A stretch of 64,000 nucleotides of DNA from contig NMRA01000312.1 in the NCBI GenBank assembly GCA_002633005.1, positions 329,850 through 393,849 on the forward strand, written 5' to 3'. Position numbers and translations under genes: made by a program. Of this stretch, positions 23,893-36,465 are shown piece after piece. The notes below the pieces were generated by a model that saw only the letters and a program-made list of their open reading frames with translations, made no database searches and was not told the origin of the DNA. Source of the stretch: Phoronis australis (Eukaryota; Animalia; Phoronida). Within the stretch, counting starts at the first letter, position 1. Each line of letters begins with the position of its first letter.

Positions 23893-24913
23893 CATAAAGA
23901 GAGAAACTAACTATGAGATAACTTGTAAATTATTCATAGTGCAGACTATGAATCAAGACACCATAACTCCCAATTACTTGGTTCTGATCTGATTTTTATT
24001 CAAAAAAACGGCACAACGATTAGGAATTCTCTAACAGAAACTGGCTCAAGCCATGTCACATTTGTTTCCTTTCGATTTAAAGACCAGAGCCCACAACATT
24101 TTTTGGCATATTACATCAGAGGTTAACAATAAAACTCTGTGCAGTTTTAAGTTAACGTTCACCAAATTATATGAATCAGTTCTACCTGCAAATAGTTGTT
24201 AAAAGTGGAAATGAAAATGTTTGCCAAAAGAGTTACACAGCTACCTTTCATGTGGCTTTATACAAAAATCACAACTTCATCACCAAATGTAGGCAGGTGC
24301 AGATTATCTTTTATCCCATACGCGTTGAATCTGTCGAGGGAAATACCGCCATGTAATAAAGTTTTCCGTATTCACCTCCCGCACTACTTCAACAGTGACC
24401 TCTGACATGGAAAGTTCAAAAGGTAGGTCAATATCTACTCGACGTCTTCAGCTGGTTCGATCATCAAACTTTCCGAATATAGTTTAAAGTAATACAGTTG
24501 CAGCAATGTAACTTACACTCCACAGGCAACCAGGCCCTAAACGTAAAATCTGGAACAAAACTGTTAATTATAAGACACTTATGTCTCACGGTTTTCAATT
24601 TCTGAATACTATATCGTCTGCAACTCAGGCGCAGATTCCCAGGAAACTAAAATATCAAATATTGTTGTTTTTTAACCAATTCCACGAGATGTTACAAGTT
24701 CACTGCACAGTTGCCGTTGTTTTCATTTGTTACGTTTTTTCAAGAAATAAATCGTTGCTTTTAATACTGTTTCTTTTACAAGAGAAAACTTGCAACCTAA
24801 CGCGTAGGTACATACATATAGGGTGTGATCCGCCATATGAACAGTCTGAGTGAAGTATTTGAAAAATCTGCAGAAAAAATGTAAGAAACTTAGGAATTCG
24901 AAGCGCATGGGAT

Positions 24914-25035
24914 AAATACAAAACGTACCTCGATTGATGTACATGAAGTAATATCCCACTCGACCTAATTCCGCAGAATAATGTCTCGTGGTATATTACT
25001 TCATGTATGCCACTCTCGGTACGTATTGTGTATTT
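24914..25035. repeat. Imperfect ~50-bp-arm inverted repeat (possible Crypton-like terminal palindrome)
   Basis: aaatacaaaacgtacc...catgaagtaatat pairs with atattacttcatg...ggtacgtattgtgtattt. Confidence 0.65.
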
Positions 25036-27024
25036 CTTTTAAAGCAGTCATGCACAATGGTCAAAATGACACATGCAAGATCCAAATGACTTTTTCCTTA
25101 TCCAAATTTGCACAAAATAAACAAACTAGATAAACTGTTACAGATTTCAATTGAAGGCAAATATTTGATGATACTGTATTAATTCGTTCAACAAACAATG
25201 AAATCTTATGAGGACACACCATTCAGAAGAAAACTGGGAAAATAGAAATTGCTAACAACTTCTAAATTTCATTAAAATATGATCCGTTTGTCTTTTACAT
25301 GAGCTTTCAACAAAAAATAACTCATAAATTTGTTTAAGAGACATTCCCTCAGCCCCAGAGACTAAATATCAAAAGGGTTCATTTAACTTCGCAGTCTCAA
25401 AATTTGAGATTGCCAGCACATGATACGAGAGGGCCAGTTGCTAGGAGAATGAGCCAACCTAGTTGGAATGGATAGCTCTTTGTTTCTTACTTAGGCAAAA
25501 AAAATTCCACCATGGAATAGAACAGTTCCAGACATTATGTTGTGTGACTGAGAAACCTACCATTGTCTACGAATTTGGGCTTCAGCTGTTAAGCATGGTA
25601 AGACGGAAATTGATAGGCCTTTTAACTGCAAATATATATGGCTCATTCAAACATGGATAATTTGCTAATTTTAAATACCCTCAATTTTGAGTGTAAAATA
25701 CATCCTAATGCCCATCTAATTATTTTTTTCCAAACTGACTCTTTTTAACATTGTTTTGAAAGTTAATTATATGCAAGGAAATCACCACAAATACTTTGAG
25801 AATCTGAACAAAGAACTGGCATAGTTCAGATTACAAATAAATAACTATTACAAGACATACTAGCGAAAACAATAACAGAGAACAGTAAACTGAGAAGTTA
25901 TGATAACAATAGAGAAACAGGCAACAGTACAAAATATTTTGGTAACCTATATAATTGGCAAAAGCCAAGTGACCGAAACTGACATACCCAACATTTTGTG
26001 GTGACTACCAGAGTTATTTTGATCACTTTTGCAAATGTGCTATACATGAATGTATTATAGCATATAGTAGGAGGGTAGCAACAGGCTCTTGTAATCCAAT
26101 TGGTTGAACACACAGCAGCCCTGTCTGGTAACAATTTGAATGTACACTCTCTGAAACGGACACTATGTCTGCCGATCATCTGCAGAACAACAAGAAATAA
26201 TTGCCAAAACTGATGGATATTCAGTTTTGAATCGCTTCTAACGTTGTCGTGAATGCCCACAAAATCTGAAAACATCATTCCGTGGTAGCTACAGAATACA
26301 ACTTAAAGACAGATAAAGCCTTTGTTTTGCGATTATTACCTTTAATGAGAAAAAATATCATCTCACTTGTGGGCAATACTTGTGTCCTAAATTGGTGAGA
26401 TTTTACCATAAGTAACGATTGAGAAGCAGTGGAACAAGCCATGCCATGGACAGTATGCATCCAGCATGGGGTTGTAATGTGAAGACATGCTACGATAGGG
26501 GTCCATGTATGATATGCAGTGAGATGAGGCAGGATTTGCTACCACCATACCTAAGAATCCTACAGAGCAACCCTATGCAATAATTAATGAAAATTCAAGC
26601 ACTGGCCCAGAAGACAAAGCTTCACTCAATCAAAGGTTAGAAACTGCTTGGTTGTACTGTACGCCTACGTGATCAACAGGTAAATCTATTTTATTGGGAA
26701 TCTAAGTACAGAATAACTAATTCAACCTAGGAACCAATATACCATTTTGGTTCCTAGATTAAATCAACAGTTTTTCAATTGTGTTGCCCTGTTGGCTAAA
26801 AGATGTCATGTATTTCTGATCAAATCTGTTAGCCGGTTCCAGCTGTCGCACCGATTAGACCAGCCGCGGTTGTCTGATTCACTGGTTCAGGGATATATCC
26901 AGATTTCAAAACCCTGCTCGCCAGCTGGGCGAGTGAGCCAGAAAATCTACTCGCCCAGTCCGAAATTCAGTCGCCCAGCCATTTGCGTCTGTCACACAAA
27001 CTTGCTGCCTGAGGGTCAATAAAA

Positions 27025-27300
27025 ATCATCGTTAGGTGCCTAAATACCAAATTTTGTGAAAATCCGTTCAGGACTTTTGAACACACAGAGGTAAACGTAA
27101 AAAACTAAAATTGTCACTAGGGGGCACACCGGTAGTCGGATCCGTCAGAAAGTTCGCTCATGCTGTCCCACGTACAAAATTTCATGAACATACATCAAGG
27201 CGTTTTGGAGATAAAGTAGCAGACGCAGGACGGATGCCGGACGGACGGACTGAGACGACGGCATAATGCGTCCATATATAAATGTGTGGGCGCATAAAAA
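27025..27300 (-). mobile_element. Truncated second copy of the DINE-1/HINE-like element with one CTCF-like motif (27114)
   Basis: Closely matches 16060-16392, including tcactagggggcac, the ggac microsatellite and the gcataatgcgtcca...gtgggcgcataaaaa end. Confidence 0.85.
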
Positions 27301-27301
27301 C

Positions 27302-27634
27302 TGAGCAACAACCGATCCGCGTTGTTTTGTCTCCTGCCTACCGAACCCAAACACACTAGGCACAACGTCTGACTTAATACTCAGTCTCTTTTTCTGTCCT
27401 GGCATGAGCCGACATTCGATCGTCAATGAAATCACTGTAGACGAAATTCAGGCCACAGACATGGAGAAGTTTCACGGCCTCATACTTAATTGGTATTACG
27501 GCGTGCTTTTCATTCTTCACTACCGCGAACTACTTCCGAAGCATTGTGTGCTCTCGAGGAAATCAAAAAAACGATATACCTGCTTTCCTCATAGCTTCAT
27601 AGTTCGCACAAGCGGGAACGATACACCACTCCAT
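27302..27634 (-). pseudogene. Degenerate THAP zinc-finger (transposase N-terminus) relic, probably from a Kolobok element ending at 27806
   Basis: Manual translation MEWCIVPACANYEAMRKAGISFF*FPREHTMLRK*FAVV...VCGLNF...(frameshift)RLSIKSDVVPSVF fits the THAP pattern C-x4-C...FP...W...C-x2-HF...AVPTIF; cct|ttaa end at 27804-27810. Confidence 0.7.
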
Positions 27635-29107
27635 AGCGGCACTCACTCTGCAGAAGAACCACTGACGTCGCTGAGTCGTTTCTCACCTTCCTCACAGGTT
27701 AAGGCGACACCTCTCGGCGAGGTGAGCTTGACCGTATACCAGGAGATGTGGATATAGACCGAATAAGATGGTAAAAAAGACTAATTAAATCGGGTGGCAT
27801 TCTCCTTTAAGTTTTCAAAATAGCGTACTTAAGATTTTTAAGCTCCTGTGGAGTCGGGATTAACCGAAGTCCAAATCTGGACTAGATCGCACCCCGCAAC
27901 AAGTGAAAAATCTGGACGAACACACATGTTGTTGTCGCGTGACGTTTGTTTTGAAGTTAATAAGCAGGTGTGCACCGAGTGAGCGAGCGCGTGCGTGTCA
28001 TCAGAGTTCATTTGCCAGAGTCGGTAGCAGGCCTACATACTAACATATATGTGGGCCCTAGCGCACGCTTCTTGGCCACGTGCTCATTAACACTGGTCAA
28101 ATTTCGATTCGCGGTTTTTATGTGTACAAAAGTAATCTGCATTCCTGTTGAGGGAGTTAGAGCTGTACGGGAAAGATACAATGCAATCCCATTGACAAGT
28201 ACACTGCGTCTGTTCGAAAGACCTGGCCATAGTGGGACACGTTCCTTGCAAGATCAGCAGAACTTTTGCGTTCTTTTTGAAGTGTACAGCCACGGCTAAA
28301 TACAGACATGGCTCATGGTCTAGAAATTCCGTGCACAATGATTTTCAGGACTGTCGGATATTATTGATAAATTGAAGACATTACTGTAGAATTTTAGGAC
28401 TGTAGGTAAGGCATTTTTCGCATATGTACACGCTCATGTAATGGACTTTTATTTTAGCGAAGTCTGAAAACGAGTGCGAGGGGTCGCTTATAGGGGCATG
28501 GGCGCTTATACTGTAGGACGAATGTTACTATTTATAAAATAATTTTGGCTAAAATGACATTGTACTGTACATTACAATAAGAAATCAGTTCCAAGAATAA
28601 TGGTATTTCATTTGCTTCGAGCACATGGACCGGTCTTCCACCTTTCCAGTCTTTTCTTCGTTTCGGACTAGTCCAGAAATTCCTTTGTGCACAACCATAC
28701 CCTGCGTTCTTTTGTCTAGACGAATCGCGTAACGGGTGACATATACTGAATCGGTAGAATCGCACTGTGCCAATGTTTACTGCCATAGCACCGACACGCA
28801 GACTAAACTGAACCTTAAATTCATGATAAAAACAGCAAAAGGAGGAGAAAATTTATTCATGTTCACCTGGGAAACGATAGTGTTTTTGTGCTCTGAAAAT
28901 TCGCTCGCCACCTGGACGACCGGCAAGTCAACTTCTACTTGCCCAGCACCATTTTTGCTCTCACTGGCGACTGGGCGAGTGGCTAAGTATATCCCTGCAG
29001 GCTAGTCCACTGCAGTTTAAGACTACAGTCCTGTCCACACACAGTCTACCCCAGAACAACTTGCACTAGTTCAACTTATCTTACTTTTAAGTGGAGCATC
29101 CACACAC

Positions 29108-29250
29108 CATGGGTGGCGCAGCACTGAAAAAAGTGGGAGCTATAGCCCCCCAGCCCCCCTGTGGTGCACCGCCCATAGACCATGGGCAGCGCACACTGAA
29201 AAAAGTGAGGGCTATGGCCCCCCCAGCCCCCTGTAGGTGCGCTGCCCATG
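29108..29250. mobile_element. Two tandem ~72-bp mini-MITEs with catggg...cccat inverted ends
   Basis: Direct duplication of catggg..gcgca..ctgaaaaaagtg..gctat..cccccagccccc..tgc..gcccat. Confidence 0.6.
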
Positions 29251-31949
29251 CTAACAAATATCTGATGACCAGGGTAAGGTGGAAGTTATCGCTCTGTGAG
29301 AGACCATGAACCCCAGCTCATAATTACTTCCGCCCAAGCCCACTTTTGCAGTCACACAGCAATTACAAGAAGCGCAAGTTATCCTAAAACAAGTTACCCC
29401 ACCTCAATTATGTGAAGTAATGTCACAAGTGGGGTAAGTAGCGCTTGTTTGAATAGTGTCCAGACGGCACTCAAACCTAGCAACATCTCGTTCCAGGAGT
29501 AACTTGTTCTAAGGTAAGTCTGTGTGTTGATGACACCTATGTACCACCTTAGTGAGCAGTCTGGGTATTTCATCAAACATCTAAAAACTATAGATTTTAA
29601 CCCAGTTGAACTAAGATGCTTGCAAAATTCGATTTTTGACTTTTTAAACATCTGCATTTAATTAGATCATGTGACCATGATTTTTACTAGAGTTTAGCAA
29701 GCTTTTGAAAAATGTAACAATAAGTGTTTTTCTTCAGAAAGTCTAGAGCTTCAACTTTTGCCATAGGTGGAGTCCATTTAATGTCGCACAAGGTGACAAC
29801 CTACTTTTACCTCTGCAAACACCTGGTAATCACTTTGTCATCTACCACTTCTAATAATCAGCAACTTCACACGTCAACACTGTCAGCTTCTTTAGCAAAA
29901 TGGACAAATGTACAGTCTAACTGTGCAGTGCAGTACATTGCAATCCCCATCAACTATCATATTGGAGTACTCCAGTGCAGCACACTTAAGTGTCACTGGC
30001 GTAAATCTGGGTATCAAAAATCATGCCTTCCAGGTCCAGTGGAAAACGCAAAATGCCAGCAGGCTGAACTGGCTGAATTACAGCCAGTGCAAATAGCTTA
30101 GTTTTTAGTTAATTTACACAAAATTGCTCTGACCTTTACTGCACTGTCTATGAAGCATGGGCACTGATGGCCAAGAAATGTCAAGTAGTTGGCTCAATAG
30201 CAACTGAGTATCACAGTTTCAAAGCACATCCAAGAGAATGTTTTCAAGTGTTTTCCAAAGTAGCAGGAGACAAATTGGTAGTAGACTATACCCTCAAATT
30301 TGTTTCTATTTTAGACATTCTAATCAGTAGAGGGTAGTGTCTGTGACAGATTACTATATTTAGAAACTTATTTCTTCTCATGGGTGTGTGTATTTGTAAC
30401 AAATATAATGGGAAATCTGAAGCCATATAGCTGTTTATTTTATTTCATAACTACTTTGTGAATTATGCACCATCAGGTCAAGTTACATTCCGCCATGTAT
30501 AGCTAGCTATGAAAATCAAATTAGGCCTTTTGCTCTCATAAAATCAGTCTAATAATAATAGTCCATACCATGATAAAATTCTATTTCCTTCCAATGAGGT
30601 TGGCCAACTCACCAACTTGAAAATGGCAGTGTACGTACCCATTGCTTATGGCTTGAGTTGGAAATGGAAATTGAGTCCTGTTATGGTAAGGAGTATCAAG
30701 AGACGATTTTAAGTGACTACAAGACCTAGTTTGATTTTCGTATTTTTAGCCAGGGTAAAATGAAGCTTTAACTATACAATTTTTCAAGTTTGTCACAGAA
30801 AGCAGCACTAGATCTAGGAGTCCAGTAAGTTTATACGACCCTCAGGAAACCCGACAAAAAATCAGGAAAAATGCATCACCGTCACAAAACAGTGCTACCA
30901 AAGTCAGTAATGACACCAAGGTGAATAATGTGGGCAAAATGTCAGAGATTATGTGGTAACAAAGATGATTTACAATGTCCAAAAACACACCCAGTCATCA
31001 CACATAAGCTGTGTGTAAACAGTGACCAGGAAGTATACACAATGGGAAGCTCTACCTCAAGGGGCTATTTGATCAGCTAATAGGATTAGTACTCACCAGA
31101 ACTCAACTTGCCTGATCCTATTGGTGTAGAACCAGGTGGTCAGTCAGAGCTGTTAAACCAGACAAGTTCTTGCCCTGTGTTATTACTGCCAAATATCTCT
31201 CCCAGCAAAACTATGACATTATCCAAAGTACTGTTGTTATTACATTAGTGGAGTGTTTTTATTGTAAGTGAGGGGTGAAAAATCAAGGCTAAGATTTGAT
31301 GAGTTGTAATCATGACAACAAAAAATAAACCAGCTATGCGGTTAAACCACACACATGGAATGCATAGAATTGATGGTAAACATGACCAATCCTACTGCCA
31401 AGCATGTATCAAGATGCAAGTCATTTGCATGTGTTTGTTCCAAGCTACAAAAGTGTTAATCTTTAGCATTCCAAAGTTTTTCAACAGGAAACTGAAGAGA
31501 ACCAACTTTTATGAAACAGCAAAAACCTTAAGAACCTGAACATGCCCACCCACTTGGTACATGGCTTAACGTAAATTGAGAGTGGTAAACCAACTTGGTT
31601 AACAATCTACTCACTATAAACCAACTTGGTTAAAAGAATCAATCTTCTCTCAATGAAGAATACTTACCGCCATAACTGCAAACTTATTATTAAGTCGGAA
31701 CTGAAAGTTTGTATAAGACATATCTTTGATATAGATGTACTTTGTTTTGATAATCATTTCTGAACAGTTTCAAAACACAAAACCACAAAATAATGTCTTC
31801 AACTAAATTAATGGACGTGAAATAGTGTTGCCATCATACACTGAACTTAAACATCTGAGATGAAACGTGGGATGAGTCAAAGTAAGAGTAAAAACCAGTG
31901 GACATTTTGAGCTTGGAGGGGACAACTAGTTCACATGGTGGCTTACAGC

Positions 31950-32407
31950 GCTTTCCCACTAGAGGTGAAGTTTCGCCTATAGTGGGAAAGGTTAACTCTA
32001 CCAGTTAATCTGTAAGCAAAGCTTCGCTGCAAATAGTAGGATTCACAAGCGAAGCTTCGATACTCACCTCGGTGTAGTGGGAAACGTCAGAGTGAAACTT
32101 CTATGACATTATCCATAGAGGTCGCGGCAACGATATAGGAACACGAAAGACTCACGCAAAACGTGTTCTTTGTTATTGTAGTGTCACAGACGTGCTCTTA
32201 AAGAAGGCATGTAGATAAAAAAGAATACACACCTGATAAAGAATGACACTGATCATTTTCATAAACACTGGTAAAAGACGGGAGAACAATTTTCAATTAG
32301 TCTCGAAGCCACCACTCAATATTTGCTTGAGAGAAAGAACGAACTGAGTCATTAGGTGTTAACATTTATGACTGAATCGCCATCAAGCGATATCAAGTGG
32401 GAAAAGC
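31950..32407. mobile_element. Degenerate MITE (Harbinger-like)
   Basis: gctttcccact at the left and agtgggaaaagc at the right; internal agtgggaaa and cgaagcttcg repeats. Confidence 0.45.
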
Positions 32408-33171
32408 AAGCGAAGTTTTGGCGAAGCTGCGGTAAACCAAAGCTCCCCTAATGGCAAAGCACCTTAGTTTTGTAATCATGAGTGTCTGTTCACACAAAAT
32501 AGGCCTTTTGAAATTGACATACAAAGTCAGTGAAAGCAGTTTTTTGTGAACTCTGCAAGTGTTGGACTGTGTAACTAAACACACACTAACAAAGGGTATA
32601 TGGTCCTGCCTAAGAAGATAATTGTTTTATTACCCCGTATCGAAGCTGAATAGCTGAGCCTGGAATGATAACCAAGGATGAACCTTCATTCGGGAAGGAC
32701 GAACCCAAAAAATAGGCAAGACAAACAAAATATGTAATAGATGTATTGAGAAAGCACATCCTTTGTTTGTGTATTTATTAGCATGACAATCAATCTTGCA
32801 TAGAAAGCTACTGTGAGGTATGGGTGATCAATGCAAATCTTTCCATGAGCGGGTTTCTTCCTTACCAGAATAGCTTTCGTGAAAGCAGGGCCTACATAAC
32901 TTCAGTGACATGACACAACACACCAACCCTCATAATTTTTCCTTTTTAATGGCAATGATGTCTTGAAGTTTTAATTAAATTACCCATGCTACTAGTGTAC
33001 CCCGTTCGCAACTGGGAAACAAAGTAACTTGTGCAAAACGTTTTGCAAATATTAGTTCAAAATTCCTATTTGCCAGGGATATCTCTACTATAAACCTATA
33101 ATCCTCTCCTGCCTAATTCCTGAAGGTCAATGTACCCATCATCATAAGGCAACACAAGTACAATGCCAGCA

Positions 33172-33289
33172 ATTTGTTAAAGATCAGTGAACTATTTGTT
33201 AAAGACCAGTGAACTATTTGTTAAAGACCAGTGAGCTATTTGTTAAAGACTAGTGAGCTATTTGTTAAAGACCAGTGAGCTATTTGTTT
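33172..33289. repeat. Minisatellite, 22-bp unit x ~5
   Basis: tttgttaaagaccagtga[a/g]cta repeated. Confidence 0.9.
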
Positions 33290-35983
33290 AAAATGCTCAT
33301 TGAGAAACATGAAGTTGACCTATCTTCTAAACTGATCCAAACAGTTGAGCTTCTATCATCTGCATAGGTTTTCTTAACTGATCTCTAGATTGTAGCGATG
33401 CGATGCGATGCGACACCAAAGCTTTCAGTTGTGTCAAACATCATTTTTATCTTTTTTCAATAAGTAACAACCAGTTACACATTAGAAAAACTTAACAATT
33501 CAATTTAAAATAAACAACTTTCTAAACCAGCAGTAGTATTATTTTCGCCAGCATAAACAGTAACTCTATTGGCTGCACATGACTGACCGGTTCCTCCAGG
33601 TCAAGCACATATAACTGATTGACTAAGCTGCAAGTCTGTCATCGAGAACCAATCATATGTCATAGTCAGTTCACCCAACAGAACCGGCAAAGTCATTCAA
33701 GTGAAGCCATTGATATATTGAATTTCTTATCATATTTTTCAGAACTGATTGACCTCTATGTAACCTTGAACAATTGACCTGAAGAATAATTGGTATTACC
33801 ATCAGATAACCTACAAAATGCTTCACTCCCTTTCGTCAGTTCATTAAAATAGTATGTCTTTGTATTTACGGTAGGTTCAAGCACAGGAAAAGCACATTTT
33901 TCATTCTGATAACATTAAAGGGGTTGTAGAACCACCTTGCGGCTGTGGCTGTAGATCTATCAGGCGGCTGTGGCTGTAGATCTACCAGGCGGCTGTAGAT
34001 CCACCTTGCCACTGTAGATCTACCTTGAGTCACAAAAACTAACTTTTGATGAAGACGACTATTCCTTATGAAAATTGGTCCCAAAATTTTCCATACTAAC
34101 ATTGAAGAGAACCAATGGTTTGTTATTGCTTCATAATGACACAAGGGTCCGGTATAAGCATGGCTTGTCGCAGCGGGTGATTTCACTTGTGCCATGCACG
34201 CCCAAGCAATAACAAAGCAGCAGCTTGTTCCCCCAAGCCGAGAACCTACTTCCCATCTGAGTTAGCGGACATCAGTTTTATAACTGTAAGTACTCTAAAT
34301 CAAAAGTAAGTTTCTTGACAGAATGAGGGTTTATGGCCGCTTTAAAATACATAAAGTGAATGTTAGAATTCTTGTAGAAATCGAACAGTAAACCAATCCG
34401 GGTAAAAGAAACAAACGGGGCCATCCAACCCATTGACAAAATTTGATGTTCTTAAAGAATGAAATTTGACTCTGAAATGTTAGCTCAAGCACGAAAAATA
34501 GACGAAAATGCTATAACCATTAAATTAATGTCACTTAAGAAATCAATTATGTTGTGTAGAACTAATAAAACGCGCCATTCTACCGTCTGCATCCATCAAA
34601 TTGTAAAAACCAACACAGCATGTTTCAAATGATGTGTCAAAACTCAAATCTAATACCTAAAAACATCCATTCTGAATCCCTTAAATTTCTTAATGAAATA
34701 TTTACGATTTGTAAGCACAATTGTACTATACCCATTGGCACAGAGAACATCTTATTAACCAAAAGTGCACAGTTTTTAAATTGAATTTACTCTAAATTCT
34801 CAAGAGTATCATCATTTCTTTACCTGGACTTGGTAAGTATCCTCCACAAACAGAAATGCTTCAGAAATGTTCTCACTATCTCCACATCCACGCGTGCTGA
34901 CCTCACAGGAATCCACACAAATCGGTTTTCAAAACAAAACACACTTTACTAATCTACCACTTACAAAACCCATCCTCAAAACAAGAATGGTAAACAGGCG
35001 CACACATATACATGGTATACAGTTGAACTACAGTGAGGCACAAAGCACCTGCTCTGGATCTTCTCTGTCAAGTAATTACAGTAAAATTTGATGAAATCAG
35101 GCCAGCAACAACTACAGGGATTTTACCCAGAGAATCCAATGGCTGCAGGAGCTGGAAATAGATAGCCTCAGCTGAACTTCACCAGTGCATCAGGACTGTG
35201 GGTTTAAACATTCTTCACATGGTTCAAGTGTTAACTAGAGGGTATTGCCAGAAGAATTGGGTATTTAAAAGGTCAGAGGTCAGAGAGTAAATGCTTTTTT
35301 ATAACTGTAGCTGATTATGTCAGCATGTGGATAGATGCAACACACCTGTGGCCCAGGCTGGTTATGTAATTGTGAGGTTACTACAAGCATGGTCCAGTTG
35401 GATGTGGATATTTGCAAGTAATGACAGGTCAAATTGTAAAGAATGACAGAGCATTGCAAAAAAGTCAAGTGATTTAATTCCGAGTAAAAGCGAGTGAATT
35501 TGAGCAGTTAAAGAGTCTCATAAAATTGTGAATATTCAAATGCAGCACTAATTTACAAACAACTCTAGGTCCTAAAAGTGCGCCACAAACCAGTCCAGAA
35601 CCAGTTGCATTACAATCAGATACTGCAAATTTCATTCAATGTGTATTTTTATTATATAATTCCTATTCTATTGTGTCCAACAGTTATTCATTTGTGATTA
35701 AGCATGATCCACATGTTTATATTCTTGCATAGTTCTGCTATGGTGCACAAGCCATTGGAAAGGTTGAAAAATTTCTAAAAAGTTTCACCTGTGCAGAGTC
35801 ATTACGGTCACATTATGACAATAATTTTTCTAGCTGTTATTGTCATTGCTGTTGTTATGATGCGACTAATTCACTCCCAAGTGTACATAATTCACGACAT
35901 TGACTGTTGTTCCAATGATTTTTTTTGATCAGCTAACTAACACTTTCATCAGTAGGCATACTCTACATAATCAAGCACTTTAA

Positions 35984-36465
35984 CTGAACCTAGTCTTGAC
36001 TGTTCACTGTGTGTAATATTCTGAACCCAGTCTTGACTGTTAGCTGTGTGTAATATTCTGAACCCAGTCTTGACTGTTAGCTGTGTGTAATATTCTGAAC
36101 CTAGTCTTGACTGTTAGCTGTGTGTAATATTCTGAACCTAGTCTTGACTGTTCACTGTGTGTAATATTCTGAACCCAGTCTTGACTGTTCACTGTGTGTA
36201 ATATTCTGAACCCAGTCTTGACTGTTCACTGTGTGTAATATTCTGAACACAGTCTTGACTGTTCACTGTGTGTAATATTCTGAACACAGTCTTGACTGTT
36301 CACTGTGTGTAATATTCTGAACCCAGTCTTGACTGTTCACTGTGTGTAATATTCTGAACCCAGTCTTGACTGTTAGCTGTGTGTAATATTCTGAACCTAG
36401 TTTTGACTGTTCACTGTGTGTAATATTCTGAAAACAGTCTTGACTGTTATTGTGTACTATTCTGA
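35984..36465. repeat. Minisatellite, 37-bp unit x ~13
   Basis: ctgaacccagtcttgactgttcactgtgtgtaatatt repeated with few variants. Confidence 0.95.

Larger units (their letters stand above)
26888..28997. mobile_element. hAT-like non-autonomous element (CAGGGATATA TIRs) enclosing nested insertions
   Basis: cagggatata at 26888 and tatatccctg ending at 28997; repeated ctcgccca/tgggcgag subterminal motifs at both ends; no clear TSD. Confidence 0.6.

Noticed and set aside
35984-36465. 37-bp repeat array as CRISPR
   Set aside because: Units are contiguous with no unique spacers, there are no cas genes, and the context is eukaryotic; this is an ordinary minisatellite
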